A stretch of DNA of 64,000 nt from Mytilus californianus (lineage: Eukaryota): assembly GCF_021869535.1 (NCBI RefSeq), contig NW_026262709.1:248001-312000 (forward strand), written 5' to 3'. Shown here piece by piece: positions 63,691-64,000 of this stretch; the first letter of the stretch is position 1, and each line of letters starts with the position of its first letter. A program made the position numbers and the translations under genes. The notes below the pieces were generated by a model. The model had not been told where the DNA came from and did not search any database. It worked only from the letters and a program-made list of their open reading frames with translations.

Positions 63691-64000
63691 CTTTTTTTCG
63701 AATTTATTTTTTTACATATTGTGTTGGTTGTCCTTCATAATCCCATAACAGCTTGTTCCTGCGTATTCAAACGGGTTTTAGATGAAGTTCGTGTTGCTCA
63801 GTATTTAGTTTCTATCTTGTGTTTTGTATACTGTTACTCGTCTTTTCATCGTTTGTCGTAATTTTTTGTCATGGCATTGTCAGTTTGTTTCGACTAATGA
63901 GTTTGAATATCTATCGTCTTTTTTCCGTAAACAAATATGAAGTAGAAAACAATTTTTTGTATAAAATATTCATAAACACTTCACAATCCATCTTATTTGA

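Noticed and set aside
49000-64000. Numerous 60-120 aa ORFs in the ORF track
   Set aside because: They have AT-rich, F/I/L-biased composition, mostly overlap repeat families, and show no recognisable domains or consistent exon structure.

Overview
AT-rich eukaryotic genomic DNA with GT-AG introns and dense interspersed repeats. It is most likely a bivalve mollusc; Mytilus-like is an inference from repeat motifs and gene types. There is a 100-N gap at 18025-18124. Four host genes are supported: (i) a minus-strand secreted mucin/antistasin-like gene with all phase-1 introns (27173->18572, 3' end unresolved); (ii) a B-box/beta-propeller TRIM-like ORF (30246-31688); (iii) an intronless glutathione S-transferase kappa (34664->33957); (iv) a spliced dCMP deaminase (42456-48561). 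The first 16.5 kb is a retroelement pile-up. It holds the 5' part of an I/Nimb-like LINE whose 5' terminus folds into a near-complete HDV-like ribozyme, ten young copies of a ~420-bp SINE-like element with a fixed, structured, non-tRNA 5' head and 12-13 bp TSDs, an internally deleted esterase-ORF1 LINE, and DIRS/Ngaro-like and Penelope-like relics. Six minimal hammerhead ribozyme relics, V-domain tRNA SINEs, Helentron-associated (HINE-like) elements and MITEs are scattered through the window. No rRNA, intact tRNA gene or CRISPR array was seen. Coordinates were read by eye, and repeat boundaries may be off by a few bases.
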